From a virus, in IMG/VR virus record IMGVR_UViG_3300042564_003823, positions 1-64,000 of that record: a stretch of DNA of 64,000 bases. One strand, 5' to 3'. The translations under genes were made by a program, and so were the position numbers. The notes beneath the pieces were generated by a model, which ran no database searches, was not told where the DNA came from, and saw only the letters and a list, made by a program, of their open reading frames with translations. Below are positions 19,676 to 29,705 of this stretch, one piece after another. Positions within the stretch are counted from its first letter, which is position 1; every line of letters starts with the position of its first letter.

Positions 19676-20683
19676 TTACTCAACTTCTTCTTTTTCTGCC
19701 TTTAAATCAAAGTCACCATCAACACCGATTATTTCTTTCCAATACTCGGCATAATCTTTTTTGTATTGTTCAATGGACGCCTTTTCTTCGGATGCTTCTT
19801 TACCAGGTAAAAACCCATGTGGTGTTACAATAATTTTACCGTCTTCAAATCCAAGTCCATTGATGTGGTTTTTCATTACGGAAACTTTTGTTCTTGATGC
19901 AAACTTTACTGTACGTTTGTCTTTAGTTGCCGTAATCTTTGTTGTTCCCGCACCTTTTTGATTTCCAAATAAAAATACCAAAGATGAATTTAACCAAATC
20001 GCTTCACCACCTTTTGCCTTAATTTTTGGTTGTCCAAATGGATTGTCAGGTAATTCCACCCAAGGTTGATTAACAATAATCAAAGTGTTTTCGTATTTAG
20101 AATCCGCTTTACGAGAACCTGATATGCGTTGGTTGATTCCCATTCCAATCTTGTCGGCTAAAACACTTGCATTGTGTTGTTTACCACCCTTACCTTCATA
20201 AGTCATCTTACAAGGAACTGAACCAACTGAATCCCACATAATACATAATGAATAATCTAAATCTCCTTTTTCTTGTGCATCTAACAAATCATTAATGTAG
20301 TCTGTAATTTGTTCAATATAATCAAAGTTGTTATTGAATATATAAAACCCGTCCCACTCTAATTCTCCTGTTTCAGTATCAACAACTTCTTCACATTCAA
20401 AACCCATAAGTTTTGCGTGTTCAAAAGACCACTTCTGTTCTGTAATAATAAAAACAGGAAGTACTCCCTTCTTTTGGGCATCAACTGCGGTTTTAACTAA
20501 GGCGGTTGTTTTGCCTGTATCACTATGTCCTAAAAACATATTAATGTGTCCCATCGCAGGTCCCGGTAATCCAACAGCATCTAAGAATGGTTCACCTAAA
20601 TCAAAAAACCTTTGTGGTTTATATTTTGCTGATGTAGAAAACTTTTTCTTTAATGAACTAAAGTCGTTCTTTTTAATTGCCAT
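19676..20683 (-). CDS. RecA/UvsX-like recombinase
   Basis: Walker A GHSDTGKT, Walker B IMWDSVG, IIVNQ, KGGEA, KNHING. Confidence 0.85.
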   Translation of the reverse strand: MAIKKNDFSSLKKKFSTSAKYKPQRFFDLGEPFLDAVGLPGPAMGHINMFLGHSDTGKTTALVKTAVDAQKKGVLPVFIITEQKWSFEHAKLMGFECEEVVDTETGELEWDGFYIFNNNFDYIEQITDYINDLLDAQEKGDLDYSLCIMWDSVGSVPCKMTYEGKGGKQHNASVLADKIGMGINQRISGSRKADSKYENTLIIVNQPWVELPDNPFGQPKIKAKGGEAIWLNSSLVFLFGNQKGAGTTKITATKDKRTVKFASRTKVSVMKNHINGLGFEDGKIIVTPHGFLPGKEASEEKASIEQYKKDYAEYWKEIIGVDGDFDLKAEKEEVE

Positions 20684-20969
20684 CTTCTTCTCCTTTTTGT
20701 TTGTTTAAAATTTTTAACATGTCTTCAGTGATTTCAAATTTCTCATCTCTTTTAACATTATACTTGTAAATTGTTTCCAACATTTCAAGTTTATCTTTTG
20801 CGTTTGTCATCTTTTCAACAAACTTATCCATTTCTTCTAAATGTTGTGGGTGTTCTCCAATACCAACAGGGTTATTGAAATAAATTAAAAGTGTTGCTTC
20901 TGCTTCAGCCATTTCTGACCTATATTTCAAGGTCAGGGCTTCATACATTTTTTGTGATATCTTATTCAT
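20673..20969 (-). CDS. Small conserved-type phage hypothetical protein
   Basis: Helical 98 aa protein with an NPVGIGEH motif. Confidence 0.6.
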   Translation of the reverse strand: MNKISQKMYEALTLKYRSEMAEAEATLLIYFNNPVGIGEHPQHLEEMDKFVEKMTNAKDKLEMLETIYKYNVKRDEKFEITEDMLKILNKQKGEEDGN

Positions 20970-20979
20970 TACTTAAATA

Positions 20980-21831
20980 TTAAAATGGTAATTCTTCTGA
21001 TGGTTCATCATCTGCTTGTGGGTCAACAATTGGTGTTTCTTCTTTTTGTACTCCACCTAAAGAAATTTCTGCCTCATCTCCGTAAACGTATTTTTTAAGT
21101 TCTGAACTCCACATTGGCGTCTCTCCTACCGCTACGGCTTCTAAATACTCAACAGGTTTTTTAGAATAAACATCTTTCCAAGTTAACTCATCTTGTAACC
21201 AACCTTCCATAATTTCTTTATCTGTGTGTACAGGTGCTGGGTCATCATACATAATTGTTTGAACAACCGTATATTCTTTTCCTTGTGGTGTCTTAGCCTT
21301 TGTTAATTCAATAATAAGGTCTCTTCCTTTTTCTGAATCAGTAACATCACCTTTTGCTTTCCAAATAGGAAGTATTTTATCTAAAACCCCTTCTTGTTTG
21401 TAGTTGTGTTTAAATCTCCAAAATTTAACACCATCTTGTTCGTTATCTCTATCAATAACTTTTACAATGTAAAATAAACGTGAACGGTACTGTGATGCCA
21501 ATTCTTTATCTTCTTTTTTACCTGTAGAAATTAATTCGTTATAAACTTCAGTAAGTGGAGATCTTTCGTTGTCATTTTTTTCAGGGTCATACAACTTAAC
21601 CCACTGCCCATTTACTTGAATCTCGTGATACCAAACTTCAACAAATGGTGAAGAACCGTCCTTTGTAGGTAATACTCTGATTCTTTTTTGTGCTGATTTT
21701 TCATTTTTTTGAAGAATTGCTGAAAAATATCTTTTCATTCTGTCTTCTTGTGAGATGTTTTGTCTCGGTGAACTACTTGGTGTTGAGTTCTTTTCGTACT
21801 GTGCAAGTACTGCGTCAATTGAATTTGCCAT
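20980..21831 (-). CDS. Single-stranded DNA-binding protein (gp32-like)
   Basis: IRVLP...PFVEVWYH, GRDLII, and an acidic C-terminal tail ending DDEPSEELPF. Confidence 0.8.
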   Translation of the reverse strand: MANSIDAVLAQYEKNSTPSSSPRQNISQEDRMKRYFSAILQKNEKSAQKRIRVLPTKDGSSPFVEVWYHEIQVNGQWVKLYDPEKNDNERSPLTEVYNELISTGKKEDKELASQYRSRLFYIVKVIDRDNEQDGVKFWRFKHNYKQEGVLDKILPIWKAKGDVTDSEKGRDLIIELTKAKTPQGKEYTVVQTIMYDDPAPVHTDKEIMEGWLQDELTWKDVYSKKPVEYLEAVAVGETPMWSSELKKYVYGDEAEISLGGVQKEETPIVDPQADDEPSEELPF

Positions 21832-21870
21832 AGATTTTTGTTTTTAATTTATACTCTTTTATCTATAACA

Positions 21871-21898
21871 ATTATAAGTGAATTTAGTAGAATGTCAA
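21871..21898 (-). promoter_or_regulatory. Sigma70-type promoter TTGACA-N16-TATAAT heading the replication operon
   Basis: Perfect hexamers immediately after a terminator and 40 nt upstream of the SSB ATG. Confidence 0.7.
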
Positions 21899-21899
21899 A

Positions 21900-21926
21900 T
21901 AAAAAAGGGACCTTTTGAGGTCCCTT
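21900..21926 (-). terminator. Rho-independent terminator
   Basis: 9-bp stem AAGGGACCT/AGGTCCCTT with a 4-nt loop and a U-run on the minus strand. Confidence 0.85.
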
Positions 21927-21931
21927 ATATT

Positions 21932-22678
21932 TTATAAAAATCTACGTCTTCTTCTATAGTTTTCTTTCAAATTTTCTTCATCATCTTCAGAATCATATAT
22001 ATTAAAAGTTTTTTTAATTTCTCCCGGTGAAAACCTTTCTACTTCATCAGATGTTAAAACATATTCGTTTTTACCTGATTTTTCCATATCAACTTTTTTA
22101 TCATCAAAAAAATCTGTCAATTTTTGATTATAAGGGTATGAATCTAAAGATCTTAATTCTAATCTTTCTTCAGGTGTTTTTTCCCTATATTTGTCAAACT
22201 TATTTTCTAAACTATCAATTTTATTTAATAATTGATCCATATTTTCAAGTTTAGAAGTTAAATCATCAAGTTTTGAAAAAATACCATCCATAAATTCATC
22301 TTGTTTGCTTTTAATTTCTTGTTGTGCGGTTACTAAATCAGTTATATCAATTTCTTCGGCTTCCCCTTCTTCACCTTCTTTCGCATCTGCACCCACTTCT
22401 TCAACATCAGGATCGTTTGAAACGTCTACAGGCTCAGGAACTTCTTCAGGACCTCCGGCCGGTGGAGCACCTGCATCGGTAGGTGGTGGAGCACCAGCAT
22501 CCGCACCAGGAGGTGGTGGTGGAGCACCTGCATCAGGTGGTGGTGGAGCACCTGCATCAGGTGGAGGTGGTGGTGCAGCTTCATCCTGTTCTTTAATGAT
22601 GTAACTATTTATTTCATTAAATCTTCTGATTTCTTCCAATATTTTTTTTTCTACATTCATTTTTTTATAATTAACCAT
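21932..22678 (-). CDS. Pro-rich acidic coiled-coil protein (possible head/scaffold-type internal protein)
   Basis: Leader ...KKILEEIRRF...IIKEQ, PPPPDAGA repeats, acidic linker and a heptad coiled coil. Confidence 0.6.
   Translation of the reverse strand: MVNYKKMNVEKKILEEIRRFNEINSYIIKEQDEAAPPPPPDAGAPPPPDAGAPPPPPGADAGAPPPTDAGAPPAGGPEEVPEPVDVSNDPDVEEVGADAKEGEEGEAEEIDITDLVTAQQEIKSKQDEFMDGIFSKLDDLTSKLENMDQLLNKIDSLENKFDKYREKTPEERLELRSLDSYPYNQKLTDFFDDKKVDMEKSGKNEYVLTSDEVERFSPGEIKKTFNIYDSEDDEENLKENYRRRRRFL
22461..22580. repeat. Coding tandem repeat, ~24-bp unit GGTGGTGGTGGAGCACCTGCATCA (PPPPDAGA)
   Basis: Four to five imperfect copies; a local GC-rich island. Confidence 0.85.
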
Positions 22679-22895
22679 TTAATAATGTTTTAACCCCTGT
22701 TGGTGTTTCAACTTTTAAAGTTCTATTTGTTTTTACTGTATTATCATACCTCTCTATCAACCCATCTTTCATTCTTATTGTATAACAATCTCCAGTATCT
22801 AAATCGCAAACTTCTTTATACCCATTTTCAGTTTGTTTTTCTGTTACCCTAGCATCCTTTCTAAGATAATCGTCTAAAAGTTTTTTTACGTTCAT
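22671..22895 (-). CDS. Small hypothetical protein
   Basis: 74 aa with a CDLDTGDC motif and an upstream TATTTATA element. Confidence 0.65.
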   Translation of the reverse strand: MNVKKLLDDYLRKDARVTEKQTENGYKEVCDLDTGDCYTIRMKDGLIERYDNTVKTNRTLKVETPTGVKTLLNG

Positions 22896-22934
22896 AATTT
22901 TTCTTTTTATATAAATATGTAGTTATTTGTAAAA

Positions 22935-25900
22935 TTAGAAGAAAGTTTGCGCAATTTTAGAAACGGCAACGTATGAGTCGTATAGTTGTTGTGTTAAAAC
23001 GCCATTATTTAAATTATTTATAACAAAATCTTTTATATTTGCAGCACTCACCGGTTGAACTCCTTCTGTGTTTTCATCAGCATCTAAAAACCCACTATCC
23101 CAAATAGCAATAACAAATTGAGCAACCGACTCATCAAATGATTCCGTATTATTACCGTTTAAATTATTTAATTCAGGAAGTAATAAAATCGGTTGAGATA
23201 AGTATGACGATGCAATTGCAATTGATTGACTTTGACCTGTAAATGAAAATAGTGGTTTTGGTGTATCTGAGTCATTTACACATATTAATTCATAAAATTC
23301 AGGTCTATTACCACTATTAACATTTATAGCATTTATTGAAAAATAGTTTTGGTTTAGTGGTTCTATTATACCTACACTTTCTGATTGGTTTATTGGTCTT
23401 GTTAATGCAATAGTGAATAAAACAATTTTTAAATTTTTATCAGAAACATTATCATTTAAAAGAATTTTTAAATCATCGTAAGTTAATGTTTTCTTTGATG
23501 TTTTAACAAAAGGGAATGTTTTATATTGATCGGCAACTTTTTGCTCACAAACGGTTTGATTTGATTGTGTGCCATCTTTTTCTAATTTTTGTTGTTCAGG
23601 ATCTAAAAGTGATTCAAACACTTCAGGTTGTCCTTCAGTATTTTTCCTTTCCAATATTTTTTGTTTGTATTTTTGTAAATAATTAGCCTTAACATACGAA
23701 CCTAAACTCTCAGGTTGTGGTAGTGCATATCTTGGCATACGTGACCCTTTGAATGTTGTATCAAATTTGTCAACTCCTATTGAATGTGAGACATTGAATA
23801 TTAGATATGGACCATAAAATAATGGTACGTGTCTGAGATTAAAATACATCATTGGTTGTAACATCGCATTTCCCATACTTGACACTTCACACGTATATGA
23901 TAATGATTTATAAAAAGAATAAAGAGATGCGGTTTGTTGTGTTATTCTATCACCACTAGCACCATTAGCCAAATTATCTCTAACCATGAAAGTTGCTGCA
24001 GTATTTTTTTTGTCTTGCATCCCAACATTTATTGACTTGAAAATATTTTGATTTCTTATACCAAAATCAACGTTGAACCCAACCACTTTATTTGATAATG
24101 ATTTGTTTTGTTTTCCGTCTTGAACCCTATTTGGGTTTGAGGATGGTATTCTAAAATCATAGCTATCGTCACCATAAACCATAAATTTGTTATCTGTGGT
24201 TCTAGGTTTTTCGGATTCTTTACCAACATAAACACATAAAAATTTTGCACTTGAGTTAATGTAGTCTACATTTGTCCATGTACCAAATAAACTATTTGCC
24301 GGATCTATATCTATGGCTTGGGCATTTTTTGATGGGTTTTGTAACCCATAAAAATTTACGTAAGATGGTAAAGAAAAGAAAATCATATCACTACAAATTT
24401 TTAATATTCCACCAATTACAGAATATATATCTCTACCACCGTCAGATTTAAAAATGTCTCTGACTTTTTCCATATCTAATTGTATTTTATCTCCAACATC
24501 ATTGTTTCCTGTATCATGAAAAAGAAAATCCTCAAATAATGTTTTAGATTTTAAATCACTTCCCGATACCCATTTGTCATTTAATGTTTGAAAAACATTA
24601 TACAAAGATAGTTTTGTAGTGTCTCCTTCAACCGTTGCTCTAAAATTTTTGTTTTTTGTTTTTTGTTTTGGTAAATTTTTATTTAGATAACTAGAAACCT
24701 CTGTAAGGATATTATCATTAATTAAATTTTCACCGTCAATAAATGTTTTAAGTTGGTCAATAAAAGTTTCTTTATCGTAAGGTTGCCCATCTTTAATACT
24801 TTCTTGTTTTCTACTTGCAAAAATTTTAATTATAGGACTTAAAGTTTTTATATTATCCACACTAAACTTGATGTCCATATCAATAAAGAAATCTGTGATT
24901 GTTGATCCGCTATCAGCATATTCAACATATGGTAATGTGGAAAATCCAACATATTTTTCTAATGTTTTCCATTCATCATTAAAGTTCGCCCTACTTGTAA
25001 TTAAATTAATTGTTTGTGTATTGCCAGGTAAAGTGTTACTAACATATGGTTCAAATTTTATAGGATCTACGGGTGTGTATCCGGGAGTATTTAAAACACT
25101 ATTAAATAATTTTCTATCAAAATTTCCAGCATTTGCAATTTTTAAGACACAATTAAAATTCATAAAGTTTTTAACTCCTGTTGTGATATTAGATAATTGG
25201 GAAGTTGCTAATTGATATGCGTCTTGATTTTGTTCATTAATTAATGTGACATCATTGTCTCTAACAAAAAATACTTTTTTTAATTGTTCAAATAGTCGTC
25301 TTTCTTTAATTTTTTTAATTTTATTTGTATTAGTATATGATGGACTAACTTCTTCTTTTTCAAGGATTAATAAATCACTTGCACTAGGATTAGGTTTACA
25401 AAAACCTAAAAACGCCTTTTCAAATAAATCTAAAATTTCCGGTTTGAATACCGCAAAAATTTCTTCTATTGATTTTGGCATAAGTTCTTTACCTAAATTC
25501 AAATACTCATTGTATTTTGGTTTTGTAACTAAAGTATTGTCATAATAACCAAATTGAGGGGCTCCCCAAAAAGATCGTACAGATCCGTTATACATAGCCG
25601 GATTGTTTTGGATTTCTATCTTCAATTTGTTATTATCATCAAAACATTCAAGTACCGTTTGATTAATATTCAATCCTCCATTTGATGGGACTAATAAATG
25701 TGTTTTGTAATTTTTATCTATTAGAGGATCTTTATCAAAAGTTAAATATTGGAAATATGGGCTAATAATAATTGACCTGTTAATATTGTTACTGTCCCCA
25801 TTAAAGTCCATGTAATAATTCGCATTAGTATTGTTACCTATTTTTAATTTACCGGTATCATATAAATTATCAAATTCTGTTTGATTATAAGTTGTAAATA

Positions 25901-28900
25901 AATCTTTTTTTGTGAAAAACCAATATACATCATTTATTAATTTAGGGTAAAATCCAGTTTTAAAAATTTCAATCCCCCCATAAAATGGTAATAACTTAAT
26001 TTCAAAAGATTTATAATCCGTACTTCCTCCTGTGTAATTTTTTATTTTAAATTGTGTTTGTAAATCGTTAACAAAAGGATCATAATATTTTTTATAGTCA
26101 AAATCTTTCCATACATCATCTAATATATCCACTCCGTTAGTTTCTATAAATCGTTTATAACGATACCAAATTGATCCAAATTTTAAAACTATAGAATAGG
26201 GTATCTGATGTATAGATGAGAAATTTTTTAATGTTGACCCAAATGCGTCAAGTAACTCATCACTTTCAATGTCCACTAATGGGTCGGTCAAACCGGCTAA
26301 AGGTATTGAGTTAACATATAGATATCCAAGAGCCGCATATGGATTTTGATTTGTGTTGTTTGGGTCTTTTTCCATTTCAACACCGTTTAGTAACGCATTA
26401 ATAAAATAAGGTGTGTTCAACAACGTACAACTTTGTACGTTATATCCAACATTTCCTGAATATAAACCACCATCAAGTTCTAATTTATTTACCGTAACGT
26501 AACTATCTATTTGTTCATTTTCTTCAAAAAAAGTTTTTAAAGTAATACGATTATTAACGGTTGTTGTTGTTTTTTTACTAACTAAGATTGGTGTGGTAAA
26601 GTTTTCAAATTGTGTTTTAGCGTAATCTTTAAAACATTTTATTTTTTTGTACTTCTCTGTTTGGTTTAATCTTGCTATGGTTTTTTTGTCATCAAGAAAA
26701 ATAAATGTTTTATCTGTTTGGTTGAAGGACTCCCTATCAGTATATATTGTATTTTTATCTATAAAATTATTATCGGTATATGGTAAAACATCTAAAAAAG
26801 ATTTTTCTGAAACTTCACTACTTCTTAAATATTCTTCAAAATTTTTAACTAAAGGAATTGTATTATCCAAACTTATAGATCTTGAACTTAGTGTGTCCAT
26901 GTCATATAACCCATAATCTTTTTGTACCGCATTTAAAACATTTTCATTAACATAATTATCCCTTTCAAAGTCAGCCCAATTAACCCCAATTCCACCTGAA
27001 TTAGATATTGCCCTTAATTCGTTTCTGAATGTTTGTAGATTATATTTTGTGTTTTTGAGTCTTTCAGTTAATCTAGGATTTGAAAGTGCAGAACTTATTA
27101 TATTTTTTGCTTCAAGATCCGCAAGAAACTTATTTATTTGTTTTGTATTAAACGAACTTTTATATAATTTTGTATAGTGACTTAAAGCATAAAGTCTTTC
27201 ATACATTTCATACATGAAAGAAACTTCTGAAGTATTTTCATATGGCTTTACATTAAATGGAAAATATAAAGTATTACAAGAACCATAATTTGCCAATTCT
27301 TTTTCATTGTTGTAAACATTCCTTCTTGGTTCTTTATTTTTCTTTGTTGATGCCGTTAAATAATCCTCTAAAAATTTTACTTCAGGCCAAACAGTATCAT
27401 CAAAACCTTCTGTTTGATCTGCATATTTAGGGTCGCCAATATAGTGTATATTAAATTTATTATTTCCTTTATCGTCAATTTCTTCAACAAAATATGTTGG
27501 CCATGGGTAAACTAAGTTTATATTTTTTATTTCTTCTGAACTACCTTTAATAGTATTTTTTCCATCAACACTATAATTTTTATCTGGAGGTAAAATTGTT
27601 GATACCCTTCTAGGGTTATCTCTGAGATTCCATGCGTCGGTATGTGTTCTATCCATTAATATATAGAAAGTATCTAATCCGGCCATAAGAATTGCCATTA
27701 TATTTCTAATTGTTGGTTGGTAACCTAAACCGCCGTCTTTAGAAAAAAACCTCAACGCTAAATCATCTGATATTTGTGTTTCAATTTCTTCTTCTCGTTT
27801 ATCTATTTTTGTTCTTAACTGTTCAATCTTATCCAAAAACCCACCACTAACTAGTTTTCCACCACCAAAAGTTGATTCTCCATATTTTATAAGTGTCGGG
27901 AATGTTTCAATATCGTTCCCATTGATGTCCTTTATTAGTTCTTTTGTTAAGAAATCTTTGTTAATTTGGGATATAAATACATTAACTTGTTCGTCAGTTG
28001 GTGTGGTCCCGATTCTAATTGCCAATGTTTTTTTATAGTCTTCAAATGTTAGTTTATTATAATCAAAATTTTCAAATATTTCATCGTCAGTTATTGTTAC
28101 AGGTATTTGGTTTTCTGCCTTCGCATCTTCACCAAAAGTGGCGTTTCTTCTAATATTATCCAAAGAATTATTTATCTCGGCTTTAATTGCTGATATTATA
28201 TCTCTTCGTTTTTGAAAGTCTAATGTATTTTTGAAAGAATAAAAAATTTGTCCGTCAAAAAAAATGTAATTTGTTTTGTCTAAATAGGTATTTAAAACAA
28301 CTTTGTATGCCCTGTCTTTTATTTCAAGTAAGTCTTTTCTAAACTGATCAATATCACTAAGTATGACAAAGTCCCCCTTTTCAATTTTGTCTTGCATTGA
28401 GGTCGTAAAACTATCGGCGTCTTCAATAAACTCATCTATAGTCAGATGTGGGAAATCCTGATCAATTAATCCTTTGGATTTGTATATCGTATAAACTTCA
28501 TCTAATGTTTGAGACCCAATTGAAATTTCTTTACTGGATACAGTTGTATTCACAGAGTTTGATGGTGATGGGTTTTCTGTTTGAATAATTGCAGGAAACA
28601 TTTTAGGTGCAGTTCTAGCATAATCTAATAAACTATCACTTAATAACCCAGAATTTTTACCTATCAACTCTAAGTCTATATTAAAATTACCAAGGGTATT
28701 ATCAAAAGAAGCGTTGAATTTTGTTAAGTTCAAACTATATCTTATTGCTTTTCCGTAATACCCTTTTACTGTTAAATAAAATATTGGGTACGGTAAGTTA
28801 AAAAAGACTGAGTAAAGTGAGTTTTCACCTTGTTCAAAAAGTGTTCTTCCTTGTATGTCAACTAATTTTATTTTAACTGTCGGTACAAACATACCACCAG

Positions 28901-29396
28901 ACTTACCTCCGGTTATGTCTATTGTAATACTTTCTATTCCCAACATTTGTGTATCCTCAAAATTAGATACTGTTCTTACATATCTTGTGGTACCATCTTT
29001 TTGTTGTATTTCAGTTTCTTTAGTCTGATTCGCACCTCCACCTTGTCTTGACCCTAAACCACTGACTTGATCGGCCCAACTAGTATCAAACACCTTTTTA
29101 CCTAATGGTCTTAAAAAATTAATCTCATCACCCTTTTTATTGGGATCAAAATTTTTTTTACCTTCTAAACTTGCAATTTGTGTACTTACAACATCAGAAT
29201 CCAAATCTAACCCAACGGCCAATTTAGTTCTTGGAACTACTTTTGTTTCTAAATTCACATAAAAAACTAAGTCTTCGTGTTCAACTAATCTATCAACGAC
29301 CTCATCATTTACAACTATTTTGTTAGGGTCTATCAAAATTATGTTGTCGTAGTCAGTTTCTATGTATATTTTTTTTTGATTTAAACTATCTGCCAT
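22935..29396 (-). CDS. Giant baseplate hub protein (gp27/gpD/VgrG-like termini with large insertions)
   Basis: N-terminal GIESITID...PTVKIKLVDIQG and C-terminal YTCEVSSMGNAMLQPMMYFNL...GPYLIFNVSHSI...FDTTFKGSR are hub-like; follows the gp53/LysM gene. Confidence 0.65.
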   Translation of the reverse strand: MADSLNQKKIYIETDYDNIILIDPNKIVVNDEVVDRLVEHEDLVFYVNLETKVVPRTKLAVGLDLDSDVVSTQIASLEGKKNFDPNKKGDEINFLRPLGKKVFDTSWADQVSGLGSRQGGGANQTKETEIQQKDGTTRYVRTVSNFEDTQMLGIESITIDITGGKSGGMFVPTVKIKLVDIQGRTLFEQGENSLYSVFFNLPYPIFYLTVKGYYGKAIRYSLNLTKFNASFDNTLGNFNIDLELIGKNSGLLSDSLLDYARTAPKMFPAIIQTENPSPSNSVNTTVSSKEISIGSQTLDEVYTIYKSKGLIDQDFPHLTIDEFIEDADSFTTSMQDKIEKGDFVILSDIDQFRKDLLEIKDRAYKVVLNTYLDKTNYIFFDGQIFYSFKNTLDFQKRRDIISAIKAEINNSLDNIRRNATFGEDAKAENQIPVTITDDEIFENFDYNKLTFEDYKKTLAIRIGTTPTDEQVNVFISQINKDFLTKELIKDINGNDIETFPTLIKYGESTFGGGKLVSGGFLDKIEQLRTKIDKREEEIETQISDDLALRFFSKDGGLGYQPTIRNIMAILMAGLDTFYILMDRTHTDAWNLRDNPRRVSTILPPDKNYSVDGKNTIKGSSEEIKNINLVYPWPTYFVEEIDDKGNNKFNIHYIGDPKYADQTEGFDDTVWPEVKFLEDYLTASTKKNKEPRRNVYNNEKELANYGSCNTLYFPFNVKPYENTSEVSFMYEMYERLYALSHYTKLYKSSFNTKQINKFLADLEAKNIISSALSNPRLTERLKNTKYNLQTFRNELRAISNSGGIGVNWADFERDNYVNENVLNAVQKDYGLYDMDTLSSRSISLDNTIPLVKNFEEYLRSSEVSEKSFLDVLPYTDNNFIDKNTIYTDRESFNQTDKTFIFLDDKKTIARLNQTEKYKKIKCFKDYAKTQFENFTTPILVSKKTTTTVNNRITLKTFFEENEQIDSYVTVNKLELDGGLYSGNVGYNVQSCTLLNTPYFINALLNGVEMEKDPNNTNQNPYAALGYLYVNSIPLAGLTDPLVDIESDELLDAFGSTLKNFSSIHQIPYSIVLKFGSIWYRYKRFIETNGVDILDDVWKDFDYKKYYDPFVNDLQTQFKIKNYTGGSTDYKSFEIKLLPFYGGIEIFKTGFYPKLINDVYWFFTKKDLFTTYNQTEFDNLYDTGKLKIGNNTNANYYMDFNGDSNNINRSIIISPYFQYLTFDKDPLIDKNYKTHLLVPSNGGLNINQTVLECFDDNNKLKIEIQNNPAMYNGSVRSFWGAPQFGYYDNTLVTKPKYNEYLNLGKELMPKSIEEIFAVFKPEILDLFEKAFLGFCKPNPSASDLLILEKEEVSPSYTNTNKIKKIKERRLFEQLKKVFFVRDNDVTLINEQNQDAYQLATSQLSNITTGVKNFMNFNCVLKIANAGNFDRKLFNSVLNTPGYTPVDPIKFEPYVSNTLPGNTQTINLITSRANFNDEWKTLEKYVGFSTLPYVEYADSGSTITDFFIDMDIKFSVDNIKTLSPIIKIFASRKQESIKDGQPYDKETFIDQLKTFIDGENLINDNILTEVSSYLNKNLPKQKTKNKNFRATVEGDTTKLSLYNVFQTLNDKWVSGSDLKSKTLFEDFLFHDTGNNDVGDKIQLDMEKVRDIFKSDGGRDIYSVIGGILKICSDMIFFSLPSYVNFYGLQNPSKNAQAIDIDPANSLFGTWTNVDYINSSAKFLCVYVGKESEKPRTTDNKFMVYGDDSYDFRIPSSNPNRVQDGKQNKSLSNKVVGFNVDFGIRNQNIFKSINVGMQDKKNTAATFMVRDNLANGASGDRITQQTASLYSFYKSLSYTCEVSSMGNAMLQPMMYFNLRHVPLFYGPYLIFNVSHSIGVDKFDTTFKGSRMPRYALPQPESLGSYVKANYLQKYKQKILERKNTEGQPEVFESLLDPEQQKLEKDGTQSNQTVCEQKVADQYKTFPFVKTSKKTLTYDDLKILLNDNVSDKNLKIVLFTIALTRPINQSESVGIIEPLNQNYFSINAINVNSGNRPEFYELICVNDSDTPKPLFSFTGQSQSIAIASSYLSQPILLLPELNNLNGNNTESFDESVAQFVIAIWDSGFLDADENTEGVQPVSAANIKDFVINNLNNGVLTQQLYDSYVAVSKIAQTFF

Positions 29397-29703
29397 AATA
29401 AAAAATATAACTATCTATCGCACTTTTGTAGTCTTGTAATGCACTTATTAATGGATATGGTATTATTAAAATAGTACCATCAGGTATGTTACTCTCTAAA
29501 CCCCCATATAAAGGGTTCGCAATCTGTATTAACCAACCAAAATATGGTGAACCATATTTTTCATAACTTATTTTATCTAGTCTTGACTGTCCGGACCTGT
29601 ATATATATTTTTGGTCTGAAGTTCTTGACCCAATATTAATAAAAGGAACAACTGTCTGTTGTCCATTAAGTAAAAATTTGCTATATCTTCTATAAAAGTC
29701 CAT
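29386..29703 (-). CDS. Baseplate wedge gp53/LysM-like (tail X)
   Basis: RLDKISYEKYGSPYFGWLIQIANP...IPDGTILIIP. Confidence 0.82.
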   Translation of the reverse strand: MDFYRRYSKFLLNGQQTVVPFINIGSRTSDQKYIYRSGQSRLDKISYEKYGSPYFGWLIQIANPLYGGLESNIPDGTILIIPYPLISALQDYKSAIDSYIFYYGR

Positions 29704-29705
29704 AT

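Noticed and set aside
22461-22580. GC-rich island as foreign DNA or an origin
   Set aside because: Fully explained by Pro/Ala/Gly codons of a coding repeat.
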